64,000 nucleotides of DNA from a virus: IMG/VR virus record IMGVR_UViG_3300011269_000001. The stretch is one strand, 5' to 3'. Shown in pieces: positions 10,462 to 19,646 of the stretch (position 1 is its first letter; each line of letters opens with the position of its first letter). The translations under genes and the position numbers were made by a program. The notes below the pieces were generated by a model. It had not been told where the DNA came from and made no database searches. It saw only the letters and a program-made list of their open reading frames with translations.

Positions 10462-12581
10462 GAGACCACCCGAGAATGCCCAGTCGATTTGTCGAATTCA
10501 ATGTCGATAAACTGCGAAAAAGATTCTTTAACTTCGGTCATGTGGTCAATCACCAGGATGAGCTTCTCCTGAGCATAGCTGCGAAGAACTTCCAATGCGG
10601 ATTCCTTAGTCACCAGTCCCTGGCCTTCCCCGCTTTCGTCCATTGAGAACCAACCAGGCATGCAACCAGTCCGGCGTTGAATCACGTCCATGAGAGCCAG
10701 GTCGACGATTTGATGCACGCTGGCTTTCATGCCGCCACTGAGCGCCGCTTCGAGTCTACCTTCGTGGCCGCCGACATTCACCAACGGCACGATGGACTTC
10801 TTGAGCGTACCTTTCTGCAGGAGTGATTCGGTCCTGAACCTAATAGTCACATGAGATACGTTCGGTAACCGTCCAAGTCGGGTATTGGCCTCTTCACTGA
10901 TTTCCTGCAGGATTTCGTCGAAAACCAGCCCCAGGAATCCGTTGCGGCCCACCATTTCCACGTAGTCTTTTTCCTGGGCCAAACTCTTCTGCAAGGTCGT
11001 CAGCTTTCCCTGAGCCACAATTACCAATTCTTCCTGAGTCAGGACTTCTTGGGTATTGCGGTCGTATTCTCTTTGCTTCCATTCGTTCCCACCCTTGATG
11101 GCTTCAATCTTGTTTCGGGCATGGGCGATGAAGTTCCCCAACTCAAGCACCTTTGCAAGCCGGCTAGAGACCAAAGCCTCGGCTTCCATTTCTTTTTTGT
11201 ATTTCTCCCGGCGGACGTTCTCAAAGTCAGCTCTCAGCGCAGTCGTCTTTGTGTTCAGCGCGTCAAGGGCTTGGAGCTTTTCTCTTTCAAATCGGGCGGC
11301 CTCGGCGCTAATATCATCATCGAATCGTATCTTCAGGTCTTCAAGCTTCTTGATGTCTTCGTGAGGCTGGAATGCATTTTGCGCAACGGCGATGGCACGT
11401 TGGACCGTGATGGTGAACGGGATAACTACGTTTTGGATGTTGTGAATCTTTGTCTTGAGCTGAGCCATTTCCTCCATGTACTTGGAGATATCCATGGCAA
11501 CATCCTGAGGCCATTCCTGACCGCACGTCGGGCAAAGGTCTTCCTTGACGGCCTTGATTTTGGCTTCAATGGAATGAAGTTCTTTTTCCAGGTGCGGGAG
11601 ACTGGCAGCAATACTGAGGGCTCCGGTCAGTTTCTGCCTCATGTCCTGAATGGCTGCGTCTTCTTTCTTTTTCCGGGCGGTGTCATCAGCCTGAAGGTCT
11701 TTGATTCTTTTGATGATACTCTCCCGAAGAGCTACCAATTCACTCTTGGGCATTACCTGAGCACGTACCTCCCGGGCATCTTTTTCAAGACCGAGGATGA
11801 CCGCGGATAGGTCGTCCATCTTCTTGTTAAACCCGCCCTCGCTAATATTCTGTGATGACAGAACCTTAACCGCCTGCTTGGCTTCTTCGTGTTGGTTCTT
11901 CGCTTCTTCAAGCCTGCGCTGCGCATCCTCCAGGACAGTCACAACCCCAGAATCGTCTTCGAAAATAAGCTGTCCGGTGTTGTTCTTCTTTCTTTCTAGG
12001 GCTTGCTTCTCGCTTTGTAGAGCAGCTTCCAGCTGAGGTAACTGCCTGGTCAGGTTTTTGATTTCTTCTTCGGCTGCGTCCACCGAGGCCTCGAACCGGT
12101 CCAGGCCCACCAGTTGAGATAGGAATTCTTTTTTCTCTGAGTCAGTCTTGCTGAGGAACAGACCTCCGCGGGCCTGTGCTCTATACGTCAGCGCAGCTAG
12201 AACTTCTGGAATCTGACCAAAGACCTTCTGAAAATTCTCGCTGATGGCCCGGGCGCCGGTGATGGTTTGGTCGCCAATCTTGAGAACGTTTTTCTTTCCG
12301 CGGCCAATGACTACGTCACCTTGTGGTGTGCCCAGGCACAAGTAGACCTGCAGGGGCTCGTCAGTAAGCCAAGACTGTAATTCAGTCGCCGGCAATTGAC
12401 CAGGAAAATCCAGGGCGTAAGCAATGGCCAAATTGACATTGCTCTTCCCGGTTCCGCTCGATTCACCGCTCTTGTTGTCGTTGCCTCGGATGAGAACGAG
12501 ACCAGTCTCAGGGAATTTGATGAAAGCCTCTTCCGCGAAACTTCGAAAGGCTTTCATTTTCAGCCACTTGAGTCTTATCAC
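10446..12581 (-). CDS. Rad50/SbcC/gp46-like SMC ATPase
   Basis: Walker A SGTGKS, coiled coil with CPTC zinc hook, LSGG signature, Walker B MDE, C-terminal DH. Confidence 0.92.
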   Translation of the reverse strand: MIRLKWLKMKAFRSFAEEAFIKFPETGLVLIRGNDNKSGESSGTGKSNVNLAIAYALDFPGQLPATELQSWLTDEPLQVYLCLGTPQGDVVIGRGKKNVLKIGDQTITGARAISENFQKVFGQIPEVLAALTYRAQARGGLFLSKTDSEKKEFLSQLVGLDRFEASVDAAEEEIKNLTRQLPQLEAALQSEKQALERKKNNTGQLIFEDDSGVVTVLEDAQRRLEEAKNQHEEAKQAVKVLSSQNISEGGFNKKMDDLSAVILGLEKDAREVRAQVMPKSELVALRESIIKRIKDLQADDTARKKKEDAAIQDMRQKLTGALSIAASLPHLEKELHSIEAKIKAVKEDLCPTCGQEWPQDVAMDISKYMEEMAQLKTKIHNIQNVVIPFTITVQRAIAVAQNAFQPHEDIKKLEDLKIRFDDDISAEAARFEREKLQALDALNTKTTALRADFENVRREKYKKEMEAEALVSSRLAKVLELGNFIAHARNKIEAIKGGNEWKQREYDRNTQEVLTQEELVIVAQGKLTTLQKSLAQEKDYVEMVGRNGFLGLVFDEILQEISEEANTRLGRLPNVSHVTIRFRTESLLQKGTLKKSIVPLVNVGGHEGRLEAALSGGMKASVHQIVDLALMDVIQRRTGCMPGWFSMDESGEGQGLVTKESALEVLRSYAQEKLILVIDHMTEVKESFSQFIDIEFDKSTGHSRVVSCPKD

Positions 12582-12835
12582 TTGTTTTCTTCCATTTCTC
12601 GGTCAAACTTCAGAGAGCGTTCGCGGTGAATTCTCTCAGCATCGGCGGGCCTTGTCAATTTGCGAATCATAACCCCGTTGTCAAGGGTCTCGACAACCTG
12701 GGCCTGAGAGCCTTTCGGAGTCCGCACCAGGACCTTGCCGCAGATGCAATACCGCTGAACTTCGACTTCTTCTGTGCTGAGAAGTCTACGTTCCTTGCGG
12801 CCGCAGCCGGGACATTGGAAATAATACAAAGGCAC
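12578..12835 (-). CDS. FmdB-like zinc-ribbon protein
   Basis: (M)PLYYFQCPGCG...CICG; GTG start 2 nt after the groEL stop. Confidence 0.7.
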   Translation of the reverse strand: MPLYYFQCPGCGRKERRLLSTEEVEVQRYCICGKVLVRTPKGSQAQVVETLDNGVMIRKLTRPADAERIHRERSLKFDREMEENK

Positions 12836-12837
12836 GT

Positions 12838-14610
12838 CTAGGCTCTTTCGTCGGCTTCGTTGACGTTGGCACTGCGAATCCATTCAGCTGTATCCCGGGC
12901 TTCGGTCCTTTCCACTTCTAGGTCTCTCTTGAAAGCCACGGTTCCGCCACAGGTCCCGAGCTGCGAAGCGATGCTGAGGCTGGTCTGGATAGCTACCCTA
13001 ACCGCGGGTACGCTATCCAAAATTCCTCCCTCAAGAGCATCGACATACTTACCTTCAAGGGCGTCGTAGACGGTCTTGGAATTCCTCATGGACTCAGTGA
13101 TTTTGCCGATGATGGTGTCAACCTCTTCGGTCGTGTGACCAGAATTTGAGAAAATGAGTGCCGCAGTCTCTTTGAGAGCCGGAGCCAGGACTTGCTTGAG
13201 GATTTCGGTCTGTAGTGAATGTTCGACCAGGTTAATTTCCCGGGCAATTTTCAAGAGAGTCCAACCTCCACCCGGAAGGGCTCCGTGGTTGATAGTACCT
13301 CGGACTCCGCAGACTGCATCTTCAGCCCTGTCTCTTTTTTCCCGGGTCTCACCGAAGCTCGAACCGAAAACCTTCAGTTTGGCGATGCCGCCGGTGAGCT
13401 TGCCGATGCGTTCCTGGACGAGAGCCTTCTCCAATTCCCCGGACTCGGCTTGAATCTGCTTCTGAAGATTGTCGACCCGCTCCAGGACCAGGATTTCATC
13501 GTTCCTGCCGATGATTGCAGACCGGAAGCGACCGGCTTCGAATGCCGTAACCCCGCCACCAAGCTCGTTCAGTTCTGCGCGCTCCAGCGGAAAATCCAGG
13601 CCGTCAAAAATCTTCGCCCCGGTCAGAGCTGAAAGGTCCTTCAGGAATTCATACTGACCAGTTCGCATAGCACTCAGTGGCGCCAGCAACGGATAGACGT
13701 TGATGCTGTGTGCATCCAGGAAGTTCACGGCAAAGTCGGCCAGAGCAGCCTCACTGAATTTCGTGGCCACGAGGACGACATTGTGCGCATACCCTTGATT
13801 CTGCCAGGCATCGCCGATGCGCTCCAGAAGCAGGACCGCGGTCTGGGTCTGATTGATTGGCCCATGGTAGAGAATGAAGACCGGACGCTCCAGGTAACAA
13901 ACCTGTGCCGCAGGGTCGTTGATGAACTTTTGGTAGAACGGTCCGCAGCAATCCTCATAGCCGATAGGAATCGGGTAACCGTCAATCTTCTCGGCCTCGT
14001 AGTGGCTTTCGCCCGGTAACTCCATGATGGTCACGTTGCCGTCATCACCGACAAGCCGAAAGCATTCCATCACGGCTTCTGCGAGGGCTGTGTCACCGTT
14101 GGCACTGACCTTGGCCACGGACTTGAGGATATTCAAGCCCTCTGGGGTCGTACTATCCGCGGGGATGGAATTCTGCTTGATGGTCGGTTCAACGTACCAC
14201 CGGAAGGCGTCTTCCAGGGTTCTGACAACTCGCTGTGGAGAAATCTTTGGGTTTGCTTGGCAATATTCGCTTATCTTCCGGGTAATGGCCTCTGCGAGCA
14301 CGGTTGCGGTCGTGGTCCCGTCGCCGGCCTCGTTGGCCGTCCGGACCGCAGCATCACGAACCGATTCCATGATGAGTTGCGAGGTGCTGTCATTGAACCC
14401 AAGGTGCCTGAATACCGTTACCCCGTCCTTCGTGACCATTGGCGGCAGTCCCACTTCCTGTCTCTCGATGAGCACCGGCATCCCGCCCGGTCCCAGAGTC
14501 GCCCCCACCATGTCCGCGCAGGTCTTCAGGGTGCTGAGAACTTTCTTCTGCAGCTGCGGACCTTTTACGAACATGTCTTTGCTTACTGACTTTGGCTTCT
14601 GATATTGCAT
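12838..14610 (-). CDS. groEL: GroEL-like (group I) chaperonin
   Basis: TLGPGG, TKDGVTV, AGDGTTTATVLA, ERIGKLTGGIA, EKRDRAEDA, PGGG, GILD; no GGM tail. Confidence 0.93.
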   Translation of the reverse strand: MQYQKPKSVSKDMFVKGPQLQKKVLSTLKTCADMVGATLGPGGMPVLIERQEVGLPPMVTKDGVTVFRHLGFNDSTSQLIMESVRDAAVRTANEAGDGTTTATVLAEAITRKISEYCQANPKISPQRVVRTLEDAFRWYVEPTIKQNSIPADSTTPEGLNILKSVAKVSANGDTALAEAVMECFRLVGDDGNVTIMELPGESHYEAEKIDGYPIPIGYEDCCGPFYQKFINDPAAQVCYLERPVFILYHGPINQTQTAVLLLERIGDAWQNQGYAHNVVLVATKFSEAALADFAVNFLDAHSINVYPLLAPLSAMRTGQYEFLKDLSALTGAKIFDGLDFPLERAELNELGGGVTAFEAGRFRSAIIGRNDEILVLERVDNLQKQIQAESGELEKALVQERIGKLTGGIAKLKVFGSSFGETREKRDRAEDAVCGVRGTINHGALPGGGWTLLKIAREINLVEHSLQTEILKQVLAPALKETAALIFSNSGHTTEEVDTIIGKITESMRNSKTVYDALEGKYVDALEGGILDSVPAVRVAIQTSLSIASQLGTCGGTVAFKRDLEVERTEARDTAEWIRSANVNEADERA

Positions 14611-15097
14611 CTTGGTCCTCGTTGACGATGATGGTCCGGTCGTTGGCCCATCCTTGTCCCAAAAAATATCTTTTGCGTCGAACGGAGATTATACCACCTT
14701 CTTGGAACTTTTTCAGGTATCTCTGAGTTTGACTTCGGCTCAACCCCGAGGCTGCAGCAAGTTGTTTATCACTCATGGTGCAGGGATTTCTCCTCCCGAG
14801 AATCATGAGCAGGACTTCTTTTCTATTGACCTCTTTCCCGATTCGGTCGTTGAGAAGGTCAGGGTACATCTTCATGAATGACCAGAGGCTCTTTTGTCTT
14901 TCCTCGTGAGAAGCGAACTCAACTAGCTCCTGGTAAACGACCCTGTCCGGAAGAATTCCTGGCGGGGTCAAGGCCTTCATCCTGAGCCATTGTTCTTCCG
15001 GGGATGGTTCTCCGGAGTCTACAGACCCAACGTAAAAAACTTTCCCGTTTCTGGGGTCCGCGAAGGTAAAAATTCTGCCTTTCCAAGCTTCTGTCAC
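14390..15097 (-). CDS. GIY-YIG-like N-terminus plus winged-HTH protein (candidate origin-binding or regulatory protein)
   Basis: RIFTFADPRNGKVFYVGS; HTH SDKQLAAASGLSRSQTQRYLKKFQEGGIISVRR; last 221 nt overlap groEL out of frame. Confidence 0.55.
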   Translation of the reverse strand: MTEAWKGRIFTFADPRNGKVFYVGSVDSGEPSPEEQWLRMKALTPPGILPDRVVYQELVEFASHEERQKSLWSFMKMYPDLLNDRIGKEVNRKEVLLMILGRRNPCTMSDKQLAAASGLSRSQTQRYLKKFQEGGIISVRRKRYFLGQGWANDRTIIVNEDQDAISEAKVSKQRHVRKRSAAAEESSQHPEDLRGHGGGDSGTGRDAGAHRETGSGTAANGHEGRGNGIQAPWVQ

Positions 15098-15118
15098 GGC
15101 CGGTATGGTAGCACGAAC

Positions 15119-15258
15119 GATGAGGCTTCACCAACACTGAAGCCTCATCCGAAAGAAAAAATAAAACGGTGCTTCACAGTACCTACATCTCTGAAGCGTC
15201 AGTTTATTTTTCCTCTCCCCGGATCTGAAGCCTCAGTTTATTTTTGATGAGGCTTCAG
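15119..15258. repeat. iteron-like TGAAGCCTCA repeat cluster in an AT-rich divergent intergenic region
   Basis: copies at 15121-15130(-), 15138-15147(+), 15192-15201(+, 1 mismatch), 15226-15235(+), 15248-15257(-); 22-bp direct repeat at 15190-15211 and 15224-15245. Confidence 0.85.
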
Positions 15259-15409
15259 TGTCACTATCTAAATCCTATTATCATGACACATATAAGAAGG
15301 TGATTTTTTGAGTTCGTAGAATTCTGACAGCTTAACAAATTGGCTGCGCCTTAATGGGAAAAATTTTCTTTTTCGCGTCAGAGCCCCGGTTTGGTGTATA
15401 CTCAAAGTC

Positions 15410-16081
15410 TTGAGGTGGATGACAATGCTCGTGAACTTCGTCGGTAGTCCAGCAAGTGGGAAGACCACTACCGCGGCTATGCTCTTTGCTACCCTGAAGG
15501 AAAGAGGATTGGCAGCTGAGTTCATCACCGAAGTAGCTCGTTACTACATCGCTGAAAGAAAGTTTTTTCTGGCTCTGGAGAATTTGGAAATGCCGGTTCT
15601 CTACGACCTAGACCAATGCAAAATCATGGACCGTCAATACAGGACAGAGTACACGATGGTCATCAACGGAGGAAGAGATTCTCTGATTATCAGCGATGGA
15701 AGTCCATTGAACTCTCTTCTCTACATGACTCCGGAATTTCGCCAGAACCCCTTGATTCAAGACCTCGTGGAAAGAACCAAACGGCTAATGGAAGGTCCAT
15801 GTGGTCTACCAAAGTCCCTGACGTTTATCTGTGCCCCGGTAGACCGTGACCGCAACATCCCCGACCCTAACAGAGCCCATGACTTAGAGCAGATTAAGAA
15901 AATCGATAGTCAACTCATTGACGTCATGAATCAAACCGGATTGGGACTGCTGACAGAACCCGGAGTCTTTCTGGAGGCACTTGGGGAATGGAAGGAAGCC
16001 CGCTGGATTTGGTTGACCGGTGACACTCAGCGAAGACTTACCGATGCCTTGGAATGGGTTTACCGAAGGTTATGTGAATGA
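15410..16081 (+). CDS. P-loop nucleotide kinase (NadR/AAA_28-like)
   Basis: GSPASGKTT, EVAR, ISDGSPL. Confidence 0.75.
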   Translation: MRWMTMLVNFVGSPASGKTTTAAMLFATLKERGLAAEFITEVARYYIAERKFFLALENLEMPVLYDLDQCKIMDRQYRTEYTMVINGGRDSLIISDGSPLNSLLYMTPEFRQNPLIQDLVERTKRLMEGPCGLPKSLTFICAPVDRDRNIPDPNRAHDLEQIKKIDSQLIDVMNQTGLGLLTEPGVFLEALGEWKEARWIWLTGDTQRRLTDALEWVYRRLCE

Positions 16082-16233
16082 AAAAAGTTCGTTGCTTTAT
16101 TTGTCAGAGAGTGTTCAAGCATCGGCAACCAGGAATCTGGGTGGCCCGACACTTCCCTAACTGCCCAAAGTGGAAGTACCTGACAGAGCCGCGTCGCCTG
16201 GTTTATCGAAATGGTTCCTGGTGGGATGAATGA
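16078..16233 (+). CDS. 51-aa zinc-finger-like protein (not in ORF track)
   Basis: MKKVRCFICQRVF...RHFPNCPKW...; ATGA overlaps with both neighbours. Confidence 0.55.
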   Translation: MKKVRCFICQRVFKHRQPGIWVARHFPNCPKWKYLTEPRRLVYRNGSWWDE

Positions 16234-17741
16234 GCATTCTTGACGTTGTTGACCCGGTACGGATGTACATCCGCGGATACGAAGACCGTCTGGGAGAACT
16301 TCAGACCGGTCTCACGTACGTAGACAAGAAAGTCGACTACCTGATTCAGAGGCACAGGCACGCTCACTGGTTCCGGCGAAAGTATGGAGAAGAAGCCTAC
16401 CAGGAAAAGATGAAAACCCTCAAGGCTGAGCGGAAGAAGTGTTTGCTCTTCATCGACGAAGAAGGAATGTGGACTTACTCCGGTCTCAAGTCCTTTGTCG
16501 AGTCCATTGTCCGATCCGACGAAATCCGTTCCCAAATCGAATATCCAGAGCCAAAACTCATGGCCTGGGACGCCAAGCCCGTGAATGAGAGGTATCCGTA
16601 TCAGTTCACGGCCACCGAGAAAATGCTCCACCACCGTCACTGTGCCGTGGAACTCGCGACCGGCCTCGGGAAGACTTTTATTATTCTTCATCTGGTGAAG
16701 GAACTCGGTTTGAAGACTTTGGTCATGGCCCCGAGTCTCAGTATCGCTGAGCAGATTCGGGACCTGTTCATTGAACACTTCGGCCGGCGTCGGGTTGGAC
16801 AGTTTTTTGACGGCCGGAAAGAAGTCCACAAGCTCATAACCGTGGGCATTCCGCAGTCCCTGATTAGAATCGAAGAAGATTCCCCGGAGCAGCAGGCCTT
16901 AAGCCAGGTCCAGGTCTTTATTGCCGATGAATCCCATCTCTGCCCAGCACAGACCCTGGCAAACGTCTGCTTTGGGCTTATGAAGGCCGCTCCCTACCGA
17001 TTCTTCTTCTCGGGTACCCAGATGCGAAACGACGGCCTGGATACGCTCCTTGGCGCTATAACCGGGCCAGTCGTTCTTCGCATGACTGTCCGTGAAGGAG
17101 TTGACCACAATCCTCCGTACCTTGCCAAGCCCGTGTTCAGGATGGTCAAGACTTTTTCTCAGTCTCCGTTCCGGGGTCAGGACGTGAATGACATGACCCG
17201 GACGCATCTGTACTACAACCCTGTGGTTGTCAGCCAAGCGGCTTTGATTGCCAACAATTCCGTGGCGGCCTACGGTCACCCGGTATTGATTCTCGTGGAT
17301 GAGATTGAGCAGTTCGTCCAACTTCTGCCTCAGCTCCGGCATCGGGTCGGATTTGCTCATGGGCCTTTGGACGCTGAGAACAAAGGCAAGGTCCCTGACG
17401 CCTATCATGTCAGTGAGCCGAACTTTCTGGTTCGAGAATTTAATAATCTGCGTTTGCCTATCCTCGTCGGTACCAGCTGCATCAGTACGGGTACTGACGT
17501 ACAGGCAGTGAAGACGATGATAAACCTCCGCGGCGGAAAATCAGAAATCGAGGTCCGCCAATCTGTAGGTAGATGTACGAGACTTCATAAGCCCGGAGAG
17601 AAAATAGCCTGCAATATCTTTGACTTCGACGTCGCGAACGTTGAACCGGTGAGCCGGCATGCGAAGTTCCGGAAGAAGGTGTATGAGGAGATTTATGGTC
17701 CCGTGGAGGACGTAGACTGGCGAATGAGTCTGGGAAAATGA
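16230..17741 (+). CDS. superfamily 2 helicase (UvsW-like)
   Basis: ATGLGKT, DESH, SGT, QSVGRCTR. Confidence 0.9.
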   Translation: MSILDVVDPVRMYIRGYEDRLGELQTGLTYVDKKVDYLIQRHRHAHWFRRKYGEEAYQEKMKTLKAERKKCLLFIDEEGMWTYSGLKSFVESIVRSDEIRSQIEYPEPKLMAWDAKPVNERYPYQFTATEKMLHHRHCAVELATGLGKTFIILHLVKELGLKTLVMAPSLSIAEQIRDLFIEHFGRRRVGQFFDGRKEVHKLITVGIPQSLIRIEEDSPEQQALSQVQVFIADESHLCPAQTLANVCFGLMKAAPYRFFFSGTQMRNDGLDTLLGAITGPVVLRMTVREGVDHNPPYLAKPVFRMVKTFSQSPFRGQDVNDMTRTHLYYNPVVVSQAALIANNSVAAYGHPVLILVDEIEQFVQLLPQLRHRVGFAHGPLDAENKGKVPDAYHVSEPNFLVREFNNLRLPILVGTSCISTGTDVQAVKTMINLRGGKSEIEVRQSVGRCTRLHKPGEKIACNIFDFDVANVEPVSRHAKFRKKVYEEIYGPVEDVDWRMSLGK

Positions 17742-17744
17742 GAT

Positions 17745-18260
17745 GTGAAAAACGCACTTTGTCATCCCGAACGACGACATTATGCCAAAGGCTTGTGTGA
17801 GTCGTGTTGGCGCCGGGAGCGGTACAATCGAAAGCTAAAGGGTTACTACCAGCAAAGATACATCGAAAATTCAGAACAATTTCGGGAGTATTCGCGGGGT
17901 TGGAGAAAAAGGAATCCGGGGGCGGCGAGAGCGAAGGGTACCTTACAGCATCGTTTTGGCAATCTACTCCAAGTATCTAAAAAACGTCGGCTGGAATGTA
18001 CGCTTGCTTTTGAAGATTTTCTAAAGCTCGCAGCCCAAAAATGTACTTATTGTAATGGTTTTTTCGGCGGCAGCAAAACCGGATACGGCCTTGACCGAGT
18101 TGACAACAGCGTTGGTTATACTAGGGAAAATGTGGTTAGTTGTTGTCCCACATGCAATAAAATAAAAAGCGACCATCTTACATTTGAAGAAACCTGTGCC
18201 GCTGTACGTGCTATAATCACAGTACGTCAGGGGAATCAGGTTTCTAATGAGTGTCGATGA
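17745..18260 (+). CDS. free-standing HNH homing endonuclease
   Basis: CTYC...GLDRVDNSVGYTRENVVSCCPTCNKIK; AT-richer than neighbours. Confidence 0.85.
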   Translation: MKNALCHPERRHYAKGLCESCWRRERYNRKLKGYYQQRYIENSEQFREYSRGWRKRNPGAARAKGTLQHRFGNLLQVSKKRRLECTLAFEDFLKLAAQKCTYCNGFFGGSKTGYGLDRVDNSVGYTRENVVSCCPTCNKIKSDHLTFEETCAAVRAIITVRQGNQVSNECR

Positions 18261-19302
18261 ATCAGCAGAGCATTTTCAGGTATTTGCCTCCAATCTGGAG
18301 AAGTGCATTGAGAAGTACGGCCCCGGCGAAGACGAATCCCTCCTGGAGCGCCAACGCCGACAGATAAAGCTCCTCATCAGCCTTGAGACCAAGTTCCGGA
18401 AGGTTCTCCTGGAGCATCGTTGGGGTCCGGGAATCTACCGCCGGTTCGTTCACTTCATTTGCGAGGAACGCCGAAACATTCTCGCCGCCAGGCCCTACTT
18501 CCGGGAACGACAGACGGTTTTCACGAAGTACATCAGCAACGCCCTGAAAAAGAAACGCGACCGGTCTCTGTATCGATTCCGGTTCAATTACATGTTCGTG
18601 CTCTTTGCCCTCCGTTGCTACCGATGGCGGGCCGGTAGCGAAGTCGTCGCCTTGGCGAAGCAAATTGAATCCATCCGTCGGGAACTGATGGAAATGAACA
18701 TGCCCTTGGCTATCAGCCAGACGCGAATTTTCTGGTCCAGCACCCCAAGGTCTCACCTCTCGTATATGGACCTGATTCAGATTCATTGTGCCGGCCTCCT
18801 GGCAGCCATCGACAAGTTCGTGCCCGGGAGCACCCGCGGGATGACTAAGACACAGGCCCTGGAGGAATATCGCAAGTTCCGAGCCGTGGCAATCGGAAGA
18901 ATGATTGGAGACCGTATAGAGCAGTACTCTGAGACTCTGATTCACTTCTACCCTGTCGACAAACGGAAAATATATCGTGCCAATAAACGGCTTCGGCAAT
19001 TTCCGGACCAGATTGACCACGAGGCCCTGTCGCAACTTGTCAACGCTGAAGTCGACAATCCCGCTCACCGAACCAACGCCGCGGAAATTGCTGACTTACT
19101 GGCTTCTGCCTCGGTTCTGAGCCTTGATGCTGAAACTGAATCCGAGCCAGATGGTATAATCAGCAGGTACGTGGACCCGGCAACAGAGGGTGGGGAAAAA
19201 ATAGAAAAAGCAGACGCGATGATTGCCATGCAGGCTGCCATCCAGGACCTTCCTATGATGGAAAAGAAATTGTTGCGGATGCGAGGAGTTTCGTATGAAT
19301 GA
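18247..19302 (+). CDS. phage RNA polymerase sigma factor (sigma70-like)
   Basis: region 2-like RELMEMNMPLAIS...YMDLIQ...GLLAAIDKF; VLSLD; AIQDLP..EKKLLRMR. Confidence 0.8.
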   Translation: MSVDESAEHFQVFASNLEKCIEKYGPGEDESLLERQRRQIKLLISLETKFRKVLLEHRWGPGIYRRFVHFICEERRNILAARPYFRERQTVFTKYISNALKKKRDRSLYRFRFNYMFVLFALRCYRWRAGSEVVALAKQIESIRRELMEMNMPLAISQTRIFWSSTPRSHLSYMDLIQIHCAGLLAAIDKFVPGSTRGMTKTQALEEYRKFRAVAIGRMIGDRIEQYSETLIHFYPVDKRKIYRANKRLRQFPDQIDHEALSQLVNAEVDNPAHRTNAAEIADLLASASVLSLDAETESEPDGIISRYVDPATEGGEKIEKADAMIAMQAAIQDLPMMEKKLLRMRGVSYE

Positions 19303-19642
19303 GCCTTTGCTGAACGCGAATGCGAAAGTAACCGGCTACATGCAGGTCCTGCCATTTGGGGCCTGGACTGTGGGTAAAGTTCTTGCCCTGGAGCCATTTC
19401 CGACGATGTCTATTGAGAAAGACACTCGCAGTGGTTTTACGACCATTCGCCAGAAGGCTACTCTGACGGGTCTCAGGGTTGTCTTTCCCTCGGAAGATAA
19501 TCGATTTCTTGCCGGCGATACGGTTTTCGTGATGGCAGACAACTACGCCCAGCCATTCGCCAAGAACGTCTATGAGCAGGAAGGAAAGAAGTTCATTCTC
19601 TGTCCCGAGGCTCTCATCCAATTGGTGCGCCGTGGAACCTAA
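19295..19642 (+). CDS. divergent GroES-like co-chaperonin
   Basis: KDTRSGFTTI ~ TKSAGGIVL; AGDTVFV ~ VGDIVIF; EQEGKKFILCPEALIQLV ~ KIDNEEVLIMSESDILAIV. Confidence 0.65.
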   Translation: MNEPLLNANAKVTGYMQVLPFGAWTVGKVLALEPFPTMSIEKDTRSGFTTIRQKATLTGLRVVFPSEDNRFLAGDTVFVMADNYAQPFAKNVYEQEGKKFILCPEALIQLVRRGT

Positions 19643-19646
19643 GTTC

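Noticed and set aside
14390-14610. 221-nt overlap of the wHTH gene with groEL as dual coding
   Set aside because: The overlapping tail looks like low-information read-through; likely a lost stop codon
15119-15258. CRISPR array interpretation of the repeats
   Set aside because: Repeats are only 10-22 bp, in mixed orientation and irregularly spaced; no cas genes
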